From: Oscillospiraceae bacterium
GTDB lineage: Bacteria; Bacillota; Clostridia; Oscillospirales; Oscillospiraceae
Direction: 5' to 3'
Length of the DNA stretch: 64,000 nucleotides
Assembly: GCA_009783555.1 (NCBI GenBank)
Contig: WRDH01000002.1
Coordinates: 61,314-125,313, forward strand
Made by a program: the position numbers and the translations under genes
Shown here: piece after piece, positions 31,076 through 40,560 of the stretch
How the letters are laid out: each line of letters begins with the position of its first letter
Position numbering within the stretch: the stretch's first letter is position 1
The notes under the pieces: generated by a model
What the model was told of the DNA's origin: nothing
Database searches by the model: none
What the model saw: the letters and a program-made list of their open reading frames with translations, nothing else

Positions 31076-32059
31076 TTATTTCTGATAGACACCAAAAATT
31101 GATATTGCCGCAAAAATCACCGATACAGTAGTGAACACTGCAAATACTTTATATTCATTCCATCCGCACATTTCAAAATGATGATGAATCGGAGCCATTT
31201 TGAATATCCGTTTTCCTTTTGATAACTTAAAATATGATACTTGAATGATAACCGAAAGTGTTTCGATAAAATAAACAATTCCGAGTGTTATTAGTATTAA
31301 AGGTATATCCAGTGAAAATGCCAGCGCACAGACAGCACCGCCGAGAAATAATGAACCGGTATCCCCCATAAATACTTTTGCGGGATAAAAGTTAAATATC
31401 AAGAACCCAACCAGACCTCCCGCAACCGCAGCGGCAAAAATGCCGTTTACGGCATCACCCCATAAAATTGCAATTACAGTGAATGCTATCATTACCGGAA
31501 TTGTTACCCCTGTTGAAAGCCCGTCTGTGCCGTCTGTTATATTTACTGCATTAACTGTTCCGACAATTACAAATGCCGCAAATCCATAGTACAAAAAAGC
31601 AGGAACCGTAAATGAGGTATTAAAAAACGGTACATAAACATTCGTTGTGAGACTCCCCGTAAAGTCCAGTATTATCACAAACGCAACAGCAACAATGAGT
31701 TGCAGGGAGAATTTTTGTAGTACCGTTAATCCCAAATTTTGCTTTTTTTTAAGTTTTTCATAATCATCAAGAAAACCTACCAGCGCAAAAACAAAAGAAA
31801 ACAAGAAAATGAAAAAGTGATGAAAATTTCTGTCTCTCATTTCACTTGCACCTGCAATATAGCATGCTATGAGAATTCCCAGAATGAAAATTATTCCACC
31901 CATCGTCGGAGTACCTTGCTTGCTGTTATGCCAGACGGGTCCGTTCTCTTGTATAGATTGTTCTGCTTTTAAACGACGAAGCAAAGGTATAAACACATAC
32001 CCTGCGCCAATTGTAACGGCAAGAGCGATAAAGAATGAAATTAGTACCTGAATAATCAT
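31076..32059 (-). CDS. mraY: Phospho-N-acetylmuramoyl-pentapeptide transferase MraY
   Basis: NAVNITDGTDGL and HHHFE motifs; 327 aa. Confidence 0.95.
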   Translation of the reverse strand: MIIQVLISFFIALAVTIGAGYVFIPLLRRLKAEQSIQENGPVWHNSKQGTPTMGGIIFILGILIACYIAGASEMRDRNFHHFFIFLFSFVFALVGFLDDYEKLKKKQNLGLTVLQKFSLQLIVAVAFVIILDFTGSLTTNVYVPFFNTSFTVPAFLYYGFAAFVIVGTVNAVNITDGTDGLSTGVTIPVMIAFTVIAILWGDAVNGIFAAAVAGGLVGFLIFNFYPAKVFMGDTGSLFLGGAVCALAFSLDIPLILITLGIVYFIETLSVIIQVSYFKLSKGKRIFKMAPIHHHFEMCGWNEYKVFAVFTTVSVIFAAISIFGVYQK

Positions 32060-32062
32060 CCG

Positions 32063-33550
32063 CTAATCCAAATCCTCTACTTTTTGTTTTCTGCTGTTTG
32101 CGCGGATTTGCCTGATATGCTGCGCTACGATTTCCCTGTCATCGAAATGAATCTTCTCTTTCCCCAGGATTTGATAAGTTTCGTGTCCTTTTCCCGCAAT
32201 TATCAGCACATCGCCGTTATTAAGACTATCAATTGCCCAACAAATTGCATCATGTCTGTTTTCGATTACCTTGTACGCTGCTTTTGTGTTTTTTATACCT
32301 TCTGTTATATCATTTATTATAGAACCCGGATCTTCTGTGCGAGGGTTGTCTGAGGTTATAACAGTATAATCCGATAACTCCGTAGCAATTTGTCCCATGA
32401 GCGGGCGTTTTGTTTTATCACGATCTCCTCCGCAACCGAAAACCGTAATGACTCTGCCTTTTGCAAAACCACATACAGCCGTGATTATATTTTTCAAAGC
32501 ATCCGGCGTATGAGCATAATCAATGAGCACTGTAAAATCATGCCCTGTCGGTATGACCTCTGCTCTGCCTTTCACGCCTTCATAAGATCGAAGCGCGGGT
32601 GTTATTACATCAATACTAAACCCTAATAGTGTTGCAGTAGCTATTGATGCCAATGCATTGTATACCGAAAAAAGCCCGGGAATCTGTAGCTCAACTCTAT
32701 TGATGCTTCCCATGGAAACAGCACAGAAGTCTATTTTATCTGCTTGCAGCTTTATGTCTTTGCCAACCAAATCTGCCGAGCTGTTCTCAATTGCGTATGA
32801 AATCACGGGACCGGCTGATTTTTCTATCATCAGTGGAGCATAAACGTCATCGATATTTACTACCGACTTATTACAGCTTGGAAATAAAAGTGTCTTTGCT
32901 CTTGCATACTCTTCCATAGTGCCGTGGAAGTCAAGGTGCTCGGGTGTCAGATTGGTAAACACTCCTATGTCAAACTGTATACCATGTACCCTGCTTTGAT
33001 ACAGTGCATGTGACGATACTTCCATTACTACATAAGTGCAATCCTCAAGAACCATTTTATCAAGCAGTTTATGCAGTTCATAAGATTCGGGAGTAGTATG
33101 CCCGGTTGACAGTTCTCTTTCACCTATAAAGTTTCCATTTGTTCCGACAAGACCCACTTTTGCGGATGTGTTTTTTTCAATAATGTGTTTTATCAAATTC
33201 GTTACACTTGTTTTGCCGTTAGTGCCTGTTACTCCAATGATTATTAATTTCTCCGACGGATGTCCGAACCAAACCGCCGAAACAGCGGCAAGAGCTTTGC
33301 GGGAATCTTTTACGATAATATAAGAGGTTGGAATTTCGGGTGCTTCTTCACATATTATACATGCGGCACCCTTTTTAACAGCATCCTCAATATATCTATG
33401 CCCGTCGGTTTCATAACCTCTTACGGCTATGAAGAGCTCTCCACTGCGTATATCTCTTGAATCGTAGCAGATTCCGGAGATGTCCACAGACCCGTCTGCC
33501 TTAATATCAACTTTTTCAACATTTTCAAGCAGCTTCTCCAGTGTCATCAA
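32063..33550 (-). CDS. murE: UDP-MurNAc-L-Ala-D-Glu:meso-DAP ligase MurE (DNPR motif, so DAP-type)
   Basis: GVTGTNGKTS P-loop; ITSDNPRTEDP with the DNPR signature; 495 aa. Confidence 0.9.
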   Translation of the reverse strand: MMTLEKLLENVEKVDIKADGSVDISGICYDSRDIRSGELFIAVRGYETDGHRYIEDAVKKGAACIICEEAPEIPTSYIIVKDSRKALAAVSAVWFGHPSEKLIIIGVTGTNGKTSVTNLIKHIIEKNTSAKVGLVGTNGNFIGERELSTGHTTPESYELHKLLDKMVLEDCTYVVMEVSSHALYQSRVHGIQFDIGVFTNLTPEHLDFHGTMEEYARAKTLLFPSCNKSVVNIDDVYAPLMIEKSAGPVISYAIENSSADLVGKDIKLQADKIDFCAVSMGSINRVELQIPGLFSVYNALASIATATLLGFSIDVITPALRSYEGVKGRAEVIPTGHDFTVLIDYAHTPDALKNIITAVCGFAKGRVITVFGCGGDRDKTKRPLMGQIATELSDYTVITSDNPRTEDPGSIINDITEGIKNTKAAYKVIENRHDAICWAIDSLNNGDVLIIAGKGHETYQILGKEKIHFDDREIVAQHIRQIRANSRKQKVEDLD

Positions 33551-35958
33551 TTCATCCTCTGTTCAACAATTTGCGCGTTTATCAATGTCACTTCTACAAT
33601 AGAACCATACATAACCTCTCTGTCGGCTTGTATCGATTGAACCGAAACCGATGCATTTGTATCTGTTTTCGGAGCACCGCCCGTTCTTATAAATAATCCC
33701 TGACTTTCAAGAGCATTTCTTGCTTGTGAATAACTCATCCCCGAAAGGTTTGGTACAATTACCAAATCGCGCGGTACTTCCGTATCTGTATATACCAATA
33801 CTCTGGTGCCTGAAGCTACAAATGCATTACGCGCCGGCAATTGTGCGGTTACTGTGGTGCCCTCTCCGACAACTCTGAAAGAATAACCTTGCTGTTCCAG
33901 CGATGCTGTTGCCTCATCAACGCTTTGTCCGGTAATCTGCGGAACATGAACATTGATATCCCTGTGATCCTCACTCGAAAGTTCAGGCATTATTCCGAGA
34001 CTCATCGGGAGAATGTCTTCAAGCATCCTTCCTACTACCGGGGCTGCAATTGATCCACCGCTTATATATATGCCTGTTTCGTGGCTTGGAGTGTCCAGCA
34101 GCAGTAATATCATTATTTCAGGGTCGTCAGCAGGCGCAAATCCTAAAAATGATACAATATAATCTTTATTGGACGTATCATCCTCATCTCTTAGTGCCAG
34201 TTGCTCCGTGTTTTCTGAAGTACCTGTTTTACCGCCGATTCTGTAACCTCTTACCTGTGCGTTTCGTCCGGTTCCGTTATTGACAACATCTTCAAGCATT
34301 AATCGCATAAGAGCCGATGTTTCGCCGCTCACCACTTGCCTTAGTATCGTAGGCTCTGTAGCTTCGACGATATTCCCCTCACTGTCGGTTATTTGTTTTA
34401 TTATATACGGTTGCATCATATATCCGCCGTTGACCGCTGCGGCAGCAGCTGTTATCATTTGAATCGGCGTCACCTTAAATGTTTGCCCAAATGATGCTGA
34501 GGCAAGCTGTGATTGGTTTCGTCTGTTAAAGAATACACTCTCATCCCACCATAAGCTGCGTCCTTCCGCGCTGTTGTCAAGCCCTGTTCTGTCAAACATT
34601 CCGAATGCTTCAATGTACTTATAAAATGTTCGGGGGCCTATCTTTAGACCGAGTTCTATGCAAGCGATGTTGCAGGAGTTAGTCATGGCAGAGAAAAGAG
34701 TCATGGAGTCGTGACCCCGCCTGCGCCAGCAGTTTCTCTGTGTCACATCACTAAAAACGCTGACATCAATAGTCCCCCCGCACCAGAATGTACTATCTGC
34801 GTTTGCGGCATTTTCCTCAAGTGCCATTGCATATGTCAGAATTTTAAATACCGAACCCGGCTCATATGAGTCCGCCAGAGATCTGTTACGCCACTGCCTG
34901 AACTGTGCCATACGGTGAGCTTCTTGATATTCATCTTCATCTTCAATATGGCTTATTCTTTCATTTTCTCTTTCACTGATACTTAAAAAGTCGTTCGGAT
35001 CAAAGTTCGGGTATTGTGCAATCGCAAGTATCTCGCCTGTTTTCGGGTTCATGGCAATGCACATTGCACCACCCTGTACGTCATAATCAATAATCGCTTG
35101 TGATAAGTGCTTTTCTATATAATATTGAACTGACATATTCAGTGTAAGCGTAACATCATTGCCGTCTTTTGCTTGCATATAGTCGCCAAATCCCGCGAAT
35201 AACAAGTCATTACCTCTGGCATTTGTAAGCCTGATTATTCTACCGCTTACTCCTGTCAGCTCGTCATTGAGCCGTCGTTCAATTCCGTCAAGACCCGTAT
35301 CATCCGAGCCGACAAAGCCAAGCACTTGACTTGCAAGATTATTATTTGGATAATATCGTTGTGTCGCGGGTTCAAAATGCACTCCTCTGATTCTGTGTTC
35401 GATAATAAACTCCCGAACCCTGTCGGCTTCGTCACTTTCGACTCTGTGTTTTATTACTTGATACTGCGAATTTGTTCTGCCTGCTCTTTCGATTATGCTG
35501 CCGATTTCGACATTAAGCAAATATGATAACCCTTCTGCAATAAAACGGACATCCTGGTCGTGCAAGGACATTTCCAACGGGCTGATAAATATATTTTCCA
35601 CAAAGCCGCTCATTGCGAGAATTTTACCGTTTACGTCGTATATTGTTCCGCGTGATGCGTTTATTGTGGTTTCACGGAGTTGACTGTTAAGTGTTCGGGA
35701 TTCAAAGTATGAGTTGTTGACTATCTGTACGTCGTATAGCCTTACTGCCAGAAGTACAAACCCGGAAATTCCGCATATTGCCAATAAGAAAAGTGTACGT
35801 ACAAGCAGCGCCCGGCTGATTTTCTGATCGGCTCTGCGCGCAGGAGTGGTTACTGCGCTTCCGGCTCTGACTCCGGTTTTGTTTCCGGTTTTTCTTCCGG
35901 TCTTTTTCCCGGTCTTATTACCCGGTCTGACTCTAACGCCGCCTGACATGTCATTCAA
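33547..35958 (-). CDS. ftsI: Class B penicillin-binding protein (FtsI/PBP2B) with C-terminal PASTA domains
   Basis: Transpeptidase motifs SVFK (SxxK), SxN, KTGT; PASTA-like repeats (PQITGQSVDEA..., VPNLSGMSYSQA...). Confidence 0.9.
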   Translation of the reverse strand: MNDMSGGVRVRPGNKTGKKTGRKTGNKTGVRAGSAVTTPARRADQKISRALLVRTLFLLAICGISGFVLLAVRLYDVQIVNNSYFESRTLNSQLRETTINASRGTIYDVNGKILAMSGFVENIFISPLEMSLHDQDVRFIAEGLSYLLNVEIGSIIERAGRTNSQYQVIKHRVESDEADRVREFIIEHRIRGVHFEPATQRYYPNNNLASQVLGFVGSDDTGLDGIERRLNDELTGVSGRIIRLTNARGNDLLFAGFGDYMQAKDGNDVTLTLNMSVQYYIEKHLSQAIIDYDVQGGAMCIAMNPKTGEILAIAQYPNFDPNDFLSISERENERISHIEDEDEYQEAHRMAQFRQWRNRSLADSYEPGSVFKILTYAMALEENAANADSTFWCGGTIDVSVFSDVTQRNCWRRRGHDSMTLFSAMTNSCNIACIELGLKIGPRTFYKYIEAFGMFDRTGLDNSAEGRSLWWDESVFFNRRNQSQLASASFGQTFKVTPIQMITAAAAAVNGGYMMQPYIIKQITDSEGNIVEATEPTILRQVVSGETSALMRLMLEDVVNNGTGRNAQVRGYRIGGKTGTSENTEQLALRDEDDTSNKDYIVSFLGFAPADDPEIMILLLLDTPSHETGIYISGGSIAAPVVGRMLEDILPMSLGIMPELSSEDHRDINVHVPQITGQSVDEATASLEQQGYSFRVVGEGTTVTAQLPARNAFVASGTRVLVYTDTEVPRDLVIVPNLSGMSYSQARNALESQGLFIRTGGAPKTDTNASVSVQSIQADREVMYGSIVEVTLINAQIVEQRMN

Positions 35959-36008
35959 CTCCTTTCATTTTTTTTAATAATCAATAGTTGGTTTGGAATT
36001 TGTTCAAA

Positions 36009-36737
36009 TTAATATTCCCTTCTGAAATAGTCGGTTAGAGACCGCAAAAATGCTCCGAAGCCCTCAAGACCTCTATCTTCCCTGTTATCCAGAGCGAGAG
36101 CTATATCCCGTGGTGCTGCTTCCAATACAGTCACTTGTCTCGCGTCCGGTCTCGACATACCCAGTTCATCTCTGGCAAAGCGTTCAACTTCTCTTATATC
36201 AATTGCACTTTCAAACGATAGTTCCAGTAGTCTTTGTCTTTCTGTGAGTTCACCTATCAAAATATTTAACCTTACTGATTCTGCGGCGGTTTCATTGAAA
36301 TTGATTTGTGCCAATACCACAAATACCATTAGTACCGATACAAAAAGTGTTCCGAGAACAGCAAAGACCGATACACCGGGTGCAGGTTTTTCATTTGCTT
36401 TTGTTGCTTGTTTAGTTTTTGTCGCTTTATTTGTATTTGGTTCTTTAAGCTGCTGTACACGTTTAATTGTCCGGTCAGCTTCTTTGTGAGCTTTTGCAAG
36501 TGTTTTGATTCTTTGTGCTTCTTTTGCGCGTGCTTTTGATTGCGTCTGTGTTTTCCGGGCAAGTGTTTGAGCTTTTTGAGCGCGATTTTTTTGTGCATGG
36601 GCTTTTTGCGCTTGCGTTTTTTGCGCTTGCGCATGTGCTCTTCTGGCTTCCGCATCAATCATTGATTGGATGGTTGGTGCTGCGGTCCCCGAATTATAGT
36701 AATTTGCTGCTCCGGCACTGCTACCCATAACCGGCAT
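36009..36737 (-). CDS. ftsL: FtsL/DivIC-like cell division protein with a long basic repetitive cytoplasmic N-terminal extension
   Basis: Position between rsmH and pbp; single TM helix (VFAVLGTLFVSVLMVFVVL); N-terminal AQK(A/T)(H/Q) repeats encoded by a ~15-nt tandem repeat. Confidence 0.65.
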   Translation of the reverse strand: MPVMGSSAGAANYYNSGTAAPTIQSMIDAEARRAHAQAQKTQAQKAHAQKNRAQKAQTLARKTQTQSKARAKEAQRIKTLAKAHKEADRTIKRVQQLKEPNTNKATKTKQATKANEKPAPGVSVFAVLGTLFVSVLMVFVVLAQINFNETAAESVRLNILIGELTERQRLLELSFESAIDIREVERFARDELGMSRPDARQVTVLEAAPRDIALALDNREDRGLEGFGAFLRSLTDYFRREY

Positions 36738-36751
36738 CCTTTCCTGACCTT

Positions 36752-37678
36752 CTATATTCTCTCAGCTATCCTTAACTTTGCGCTTCTTGCTCTCGGGTTG
36801 CTTTCCGCCTCCGTTTCACTTGCCGTAACCGGTTTGCGCGTTATAGTTTTCAAGACCGGTTTTTTTCCGCAAATGCACACCGGTGTTCCTCTCGGGCAAT
36901 CGCAGCCTTTTGCACCTTCCGCAAATGCTCTCTTTACCAATCTGTCTTCCAGCGAGTGAAAACTAATTATACAAAGCCTTCCTTTTGGATTCAGTAAAGA
37001 GGGGGCGGCATTTAACATGTCTTTTATTGAACCAAGTTCGTTATTGACTGCTATCCTGAGCGCTTGGAAGCACCTTTTTGACGGGTGTTGTGTTTCGCGC
37101 CTTGCCCTGGCGGGTATTGCCGAAAATATAATTTCATTGAGCTTAAATGTTGTATCTATCCGGTCTTTAGTGCGTTGTTTTACAATCGCGCGTGCTATTA
37201 ACTTAGAATAACGTTCCTCGCCATATTCGTAAAATACCTTGCGTATGTTTTCTTCTTGCCAGTTGTTAACAATTTCAAATGCAGTTAACGAATCATCTTT
37301 ATTCATTCTCATATCGAGTTTGGAATCATGTTTATATGAAAACCCGCGTGTTGCATTATCAAGCTGCGGAGATGATACACCAAGGTCAAAAATCATCGCG
37401 TCTACCGTATCAAGCTCTTCTTTTAGCAAGATATCAGTAATATCTCTAAAGTTGCTGTGTACAAATGTGGTGCGGTCTTTGTATTCGGATAACAGCTTTT
37501 TCGCATTTATTATTGCTTCTTCATCACAATCTATAGCAATCAATCGTCCGGTACTTAGTCTTCTTACTATTTCCAATGCGTGTCCCGCACGTCCGAGTGT
37601 ACCGTCAACGTATATACCGTAAGGTTTTATATTAAGCCCATCTATGCTCTCTTTAAGCAATACCGGAATATGCTCCAT
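36752..37678 (-). CDS. rsmH: 16S rRNA m4C1402 methyltransferase RsmH (MraW)
   Basis: HIPVLLKE N-terminus, DGTLGRAGH SAM motif, 308 aa. Confidence 0.95.
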   Translation of the reverse strand: MEHIPVLLKESIDGLNIKPYGIYVDGTLGRAGHALEIVRRLSTGRLIAIDCDEEAIINAKKLLSEYKDRTTFVHSNFRDITDILLKEELDTVDAMIFDLGVSSPQLDNATRGFSYKHDSKLDMRMNKDDSLTAFEIVNNWQEENIRKVFYEYGEERYSKLIARAIVKQRTKDRIDTTFKLNEIIFSAIPARARRETQHPSKRCFQALRIAVNNELGSIKDMLNAAPSLLNPKGRLCIISFHSLEDRLVKRAFAEGAKGCDCPRGTPVCICGKKPVLKTITRKPVTASETEAESNPRARSAKLRIAERI

Positions 37679-37690
37679 CTCTTACACCAA

Positions 37691-38107
37691 CTAAAAATCA
37701 AGTTCGTCCATAACTTTAGCGAGATTGTCAGGTGTTGTTTCCAGCGCGTCAATCCTTTTGAATACTTCACTATCCCAAATCTGGACAAATGCTCCCGCCC
37801 CAACTATGGTGACATCTTTTTTGAGTCCTATTCTGTCGCGTAAATTTTGAGGTATCAAAATACGTCCCTGGCTGTCCAGTACACATTTTGATGCATTCGA
37901 AAAAAACGGGCGCATTTTATGCCGTTCACTTAATTTCATTGCCTTAACATTCTCTTCAAAGTGCACCCAGCCATCTCCGGAAAATGCATTAAGGCAGTTT
38001 TCAAAAGAAATGGTTACGTGAAATTCTTTTCCAAGTTCATCACGTAAGGATGACGGAATAAACAAACGACCCTTGGCATCGATTTTATGCTCAAAGTTAC
38101 CGGTCAT
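37691..38107 (-). CDS. mraZ: Transcriptional regulator MraZ
   Basis: MTGNFEHKIDAKGRLFIPS N-terminus; two DxxxR halves; 138 aa. Confidence 0.93.
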   Translation of the reverse strand: MTGNFEHKIDAKGRLFIPSSLRDELGKEFHVTISFENCLNAFSGDGWVHFEENVKAMKLSERHKMRPFFSNASKCVLDSQGRILIPQNLRDRIGLKKDVTIVGAGAFVQIWDSEVFKRIDALETTPDNLAKVMDELDF

Positions 38108-38143
38108 TCACCATCCTCCTTATGCTCTTGTGGGTTTTTAAAA

Positions 38144-38172
38144 CACTTTGCTCCACTTTCCACCACTTCGGT
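38144..38172 (-). promoter_or_regulatory. Candidate MraZ operator. Three direct AAGTG(G) repeats with 10-bp phasing lie just upstream of the mraZ ribosome-binding site.
   Basis: Minus strand reads gAAGTGGtggaAAGTGGagcaAAGTGtt; matches the direct-repeat architecture of MraZ operators. Confidence 0.5.
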
Positions 38173-38363
38173 GCACTTGGATTATACTTTACCAATATTA
38201 TGTTGTCAACAAAAAAAAAGGATTTTTACAAATATTTTTGAAAAAAATACAGTAATAATCCTTGCAATTACTAGTTATACTATATATTGTGTCTGTCCAA
38301 TTACTCGGACACAATATAGAGAAAGGCGGTGAAAAGCGCAAGCGGATGAGTTTTGTTCACCCA

Positions 38364-39791
38364 CTACTCATCAACATCATCCGCATCCAAACCAACAAAT
38401 AACGTATCCCAGTCGTCCCATATAATCGATGCCAACTCCGTGCAAACCGTTACCATTCCGTTCAGTTCCCGGCCTGTCGTCGCACCGGTTGTCACTATTA
38501 CCACTCCCCTGTTTTCGGACAGCGGCACGGCTTGCATATATTGTGAAAATAAACCGTATGCACTGCCTGTGTGCCAGAAGAAGCCTTCGTTTGATCTAAA
38601 GTCCCCGAATGAAAATCTTGTTGACAAGCCTTGTTCATATGCTGCTCCTACGACAGATGTATTGTGTATTTCCCGAACCGATTCCTCTGATAGTATCCTT
38701 GCCTCGTGCAAAATGCCTCCATTTCCGAGCATTGACAGGATTCTTGCATAGTCTATCGCGCTGATATAAAGACTTCCCTGAGCTATGTGTAAATCATGTC
38801 CGAGCCTGCCGGATCCGGTTATCTCCAGTTGCGCCTCAACAGAACGGGTCAAGACATGCCTTTCATTGTAAATAGCTGCAATATTATCTTTGTTATGCAA
38901 GCTGTCAGGTATATATGAAGCGTCTAAACCAAGCGGTTGAAACAGGACTTCCCGGGCAAACGTATCAAGTACTCTACCGGAAGCATTTTCAATTATCGCG
39001 CCCAAAATTGCATAACCGAAGTTTGAGTACTCAAAATGGCTTCCCGGTCTTGTTCTTCTAAAAGATGAACCTCTTTCAAGAAGAACTCTCATTGATTCTG
39101 ATGTGTTTCTGTCCCGCGAAATCTGAAATGCACCCGAATCAAAAATCGACGATGTATGTTGCATAAGCATACGCGTTGTTATCTCTGTTCCCGGAAAATT
39201 GTTATTTAATACATCATAACCTAAATATACTGATATATCCGCGTCCAAGTCCAGTAAACCATCATCAACCAATACCATTGCGCAAATCACTGTTGTGAGT
39301 TTCGCCAGTGACGCAACACGGAATTTCGTATCTGCGTTGACCAATCTTCCTGTTTCGAAATCTGCATGACCATACTCATATGTGAAGTACCGTCCTTCAT
39401 TTCCGTCAAAAGCGACAAGGCTTACAGCTATTGCATCATACTCAGATGATAAATCATTGAGCGAGGCAAACATTTCATTATTTATGTTTCTTATTTGTAC
39501 AATACTGTCTTCAAGCGGGAATGCATGACCATCCTCATAGCTGTCATCATCATCGTCGGGTTCAATCTCATCAATTGGATCAGGCTCATCTCCCGGCTCA
39601 TCTTCCGGTTCATCATATTCAGGTTCTGTTGATTCTTCCACCGCAGCTCTGTCCGATGATTCTGATTCGTCCGGATTAAAATAACTTGATATTATAAAAT
39701 ACCAGGGGATGAGCGCAATAATTATTGTTATGGCAAGTATAATTATTACAACTCCGGCTTTTCCGTCTTTATTTCTAATAGAAAAGTTCAT
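38364..39791 (-). CDS. Serine beta-lactamase / PBP4-like (class C fold) family hydrolase with N-terminal TM helix and acidic linker
   Basis: SLAK (SxxK), YSN (YxN), HTG motifs present; EPEYDEPEDEPGDEPDPIDEIEPDDDDD low-complexity segment. Confidence 0.8.
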   Translation of the reverse strand: MNFSIRNKDGKAGVVIIILAITIIIALIPWYFIISSYFNPDESESSDRAAVEESTEPEYDEPEDEPGDEPDPIDEIEPDDDDDSYEDGHAFPLEDSIVQIRNINNEMFASLNDLSSEYDAIAVSLVAFDGNEGRYFTYEYGHADFETGRLVNADTKFRVASLAKLTTVICAMVLVDDGLLDLDADISVYLGYDVLNNNFPGTEITTRMLMQHTSSIFDSGAFQISRDRNTSESMRVLLERGSSFRRTRPGSHFEYSNFGYAILGAIIENASGRVLDTFAREVLFQPLGLDASYIPDSLHNKDNIAAIYNERHVLTRSVEAQLEITGSGRLGHDLHIAQGSLYISAIDYARILSMLGNGGILHEARILSEESVREIHNTSVVGAAYEQGLSTRFSFGDFRSNEGFFWHTGSAYGLFSQYMQAVPLSENRGVVIVTTGATTGRELNGMVTVCTELASIIWDDWDTLFVGLDADDVDE

Positions 39792-39795
39792 TCTC

Positions 39796-40557
39796 TTACC
39801 CTAATACCTTTCGAGGAGTGAAGTTTATGAAATCCGCTGAAACCATTTCATAATCAATTCCCTCTGCTATACCCAGTGTCGCTGATTTATGACCTTCCCC
39901 GTGCAGATGTCCATAATAGCATCTTTTTACATTAAATTCATTCATTATTGATATTATATCATAGCTAACGGTATTTTTATAGCGCGGCGGGTAATGGAAA
40001 AAGCATATTTTTTCTTCAAAACCGGCTGCCGCTTCAAGTGAAGCCCGTAAACGCAATACTTCTCGTGCCATTACTTTCTCATTCTGTACAAGTCCAAGCT
40101 TATCATCAAAAAACCAGCCGCGCGTACCGCAAATTGCTGTTTTATCACTGTACTCAAAATCCGAACCTGACTGCAAGCGATGGAACGGTTCAGATTTTAA
40201 CTGCAATGAAACACCATAAGAGTAGCAATTGTTATGCAGAATATATATGCTTGTGATATTGTTTGCTTCAAAAAACGCTTTCATCTTTGCAGCGGTATTC
40301 CACCAATAATCGTGGTTGCCTTTTAGTATAATCTTTTTGCCAGGCAGTTTATCTATGTAATGAAAATCTTCAAGGCTTTCGTCAAGGCTCATCCCCCAGG
40401 AGACATCACCGCATATCACGCAAACATCATCGGGATTTAGCACATCAAATCCGGTTTTGATTTTTTCTGTGTAGTCTTTCCATCCGCCGCCAAATTTATC
40501 CATGGGTTTGTCAACACCGAAGGACAGGTGGAGATCTCCTATTGCAAAAAGAGCCAT
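39796..40557 (-). CDS. Calcineurin-like metallophosphoesterase
   Basis: MALFAIGDLHLS, GDVSWG, GNHDYW metal-binding motifs. Confidence 0.8.
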   Translation of the reverse strand: MALFAIGDLHLSFGVDKPMDKFGGGWKDYTEKIKTGFDVLNPDDVCVICGDVSWGMSLDESLEDFHYIDKLPGKKIILKGNHDYWWNTAAKMKAFFEANNITSIYILHNNCYSYGVSLQLKSEPFHRLQSGSDFEYSDKTAICGTRGWFFDDKLGLVQNEKVMAREVLRLRASLEAAAGFEEKICFFHYPPRYKNTVSYDIISIMNEFNVKRCYYGHLHGEGHKSATLGIAEGIDYEMVSADFINFTPRKVLG

Positions 40558-40560
40558 GCT

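Noticed and set aside
36329-36658. 109-aa Lys-rich ORF in an alternate frame inside ftsL
   Set aside because: It is a by-product of the tandem ~15-nt repeat. It lies in the same region as the FtsL-like gene, which is positionally supported by the dcw order.
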